From the NCBI RefSeq assembly GCF_018350175.1, contig NC_058368.1, positions 85,376,001 to 85,440,000 of the forward strand: a stretch of DNA of 64,000 bases, read 5' to 3'. The notes beneath the pieces were generated by a model. The model saw only the letters and a list, made by a program, of their open reading frames with translations. It was not told the origin of the DNA and searched no databases. A program made the position numbers and the translations under genes. Origin of the DNA: Felis catus. Its lineage: Eukaryota. How positions within the stretch are numbered: the stretch's first letter is position 1; the number at the start of each line of letters is the position of its first letter. Positions 62,158 to 64,000 of the stretch are shown one piece after another.

Positions 62158-63889
62158 ATGAACAGATGGACGAAGAGAAAAAGAGGGACAATTTTCGACC
62201 ACTGGAGAAAGATATGGAAGAATTAAGCCTTGAATGGGAGATTAAAAGAACAGAAAAAACAACGAAAGCCAAACCTCCGACATGGGGACAAAGAAGATGA
62301 CTCTAGAAGCAGAACAGATCCTCCAAAAACCAGGAACACCTAAGACTTCTACTACTCTGTTCAGTACCATGATGTCAGTTCTTACTTTAACTGTGAGTAC
62401 TAAAGAGAATCACACATATTGGGTTTATATTCCAAATCCACCTCTTAATAGATTAGTTACATGGGATGATCCCTCTTTCTCAGTTTATGTAAATGATTCC
62501 GTCTGGTTGCCTGGACCTTATGATAATAGAAGCCCATTTAAACCAGAAGAAGAAGGAAAAATAATTCCTGAATATTCTGTAGGTGCAGATGGGCCACCTA
62601 TATGCTTTGGAACAGGCGACCACTGTGTTAAATTTTGTTCACAGGCATGGATAGCAGAAATACCCAATGGGACTAATGTCTCTATATTGTACTTACTACA
62701 GAGAGTCTCCATGAGAAGTCAAAGAATTACATATGATCACCCTCCTAAATTGCCTCGATGTCAATTAAGAAAGATCATAAATCCTGAGGAACGGGTTAAT
62801 TGGGAGCTCTATAGAGTGAAAGGGCAGGCCTACGCAGGCCAACTCCATCTTGTTCTGTGTCCTTCACCTTGACCACACCTCCTCCCCTTGAGCAACCCCC
62901 CCCCCACCTGCCTAACAGGACTCGGACCCTTCCCCAGCCAATTGGCTGAGGCCACAGCTATTACCTCACCAACTGCCCCTAGGCCCCAATAAAACCTTTC
63001 TCCTTTTGAAACTCGCTCTCTCTCCCAGGTATCTCACCGCTGCGTCGGTGCAGGTAGGGGACTGAGCTCGAGCTAGCTCGAATAAAGGCTCTTTTGCTTT
63101 TACGTCGGACTCGGCTCCCTGGCAGTATTTGGGGATCACGAATTCTGGGCATAACAAGAGGAGAGGTTTGTAGAGTTCTTCTTAATACTTCCAAAGGAAG
63201 TGTCATTAATTGGGCCTCTGTATGCTCTGCTCAGACCAAATACTCCAAAAAAGAGCTCTGATGGTGACAATATCAAGAAAACATAATTTCAGATGTAACA
63301 TCTGAACCCATTATATGGCATGAAGGACGATGACTCCCCCCAGACCATGTTTAGCCAGTTCATTCAGAACTTTGGAAAATTGGTACTGGATTATTAGGCA
63401 TGGCCACTTGGAAAGGCCACTTAATGAGTATTTCAAATAAATTCTCTATCTCTTTTAGATTAAATGAGGCTCATGAAATTCAACAAGTGTCAGACTTTCT
63501 TTTCTGTTTATGTTAGGCATGCCTCATTGGGACCCTGATAACAATCATCTTACTTTCCATAATTGTTCCTTTTATACTTGTCTTAATTCTACTATTTCTT
63601 TTAACCAGGAAAAACAAAGCTTACATATCCTTAAGGCAAGAAATGGGGTTCGGATGCCTGTAATCATGGATCGGTCTTGGCAACACTCCCCTGAAATGTT
63701 TCTCATAGATGAAATATTGAAATATGTCTTACACCGCATCCGATGGTTTATAGCTTTACTGGTAACTGTTGTACTTGGAATTATAGCCATTACAGCTACA
63801 GCGGCAACAGCTGGTTTTACACGGCATCAGACTGTACAAACAACCCACTTTATACAAAACTGGCATCAAGATTCAGAAAGGCTGTGGAA
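62158..63889 (+). mobile_element. env: Class II ERV env remnant (HERV-K-like signal peptide, SU, start of TM), interrupted by a solo LTR
   Basis: Peptides KPPTWGQ, NHTYWVYIPNPPLNRLVTWDDP.VYVNDSVWLPGP, KPEEEG, HSELWK, KARNGVRMPVIMDRSW, RIRW/FIALLVTVVLGIIAITATAATAG and NWHQDSERLWN resemble HERV-K(HML-2) Env blocks in the same order. Confidence 0.9.
62817..63156 (+). mobile_element. Young class I (gamma-like) solo LTR, 340 bp
   Basis: TG...CA termini, perfect 4-bp TSD AGAG (62813-62816 and 63157-63160), CCAAT, AATAAA at 62988 and 63081, many intact CpGs. Removing it restores the env frame. Confidence 0.88.
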
Positions 63890-64000
63890 TGTGGGACCCA
63901 AGGAATTTAACAAAAATCCTCTACCCCTGGACAAGCAGAGCAAGACTAACTCCATTTTGTGCTACACCCACCATCTCATGTATAACCCCCACCATGACCT
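63890..64000 (+). mobile_element. Start of a probable second LTR inserted in env TM (runs off the window)
   Basis: Env similarity stops after ...ERLWN. The following sequence begins TGTGGGACCC and contains AACTCCATTTTGT, close to AACTCCATCTTGT in the 62817 LTR. Confidence 0.6.

Noticed and set aside
62282..62872. 196-aa env ORF considered as a co-opted secreted Env (Refrex/suppressyn-like)
   Set aside because: Its ATG arises from a frameshifted leader, its C-terminus is read-through into the inserted LTR, there is no upstream viral promoter, and the rest of the provirus shows neutral decay.

Overview
Mammalian, almost certainly felid, genomic DNA, judged by dense carnivore CAN-SINEs including young cat-type SINEC copies. 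The window holds a complete six-exon TRIM58 gene on + (CDS 15256-31313, 487 aa, RING/B-box/coiled-coil/PRY-SPRY), then an intact OR2W3-like olfactory receptor ORF (42363-43307), the same order as human 1q44. An antisense RPL27A processed pseudogene with target-site duplication (TSD) lies in TRIM58 intron 1 and is missed by the ORF track. The distal 20 kb is rich in endogenous retrovirus (ERV) remains: class I LTRs, a decayed class I pol-tail/env remnant, and a 5'-truncated betaretrovirus (HERV-K-like) pol-env. Its env is split by a young 340-bp solo LTR and apparently by a second LTR at the window edge. The most interesting observation is that the splice acceptor(s) just upstream of the OR2W3 ATG are in frame with the TRIM58 exon 5 donor. 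A read-through splice would give a 609-aa TRIM58(RBCC)-OR2W3 fusion with the receptor replacing PRY-SPRY. Gene and repeat names come from recognition of sequence from memory, not database searches, and repeat boundaries without a stated TSD are approximate.
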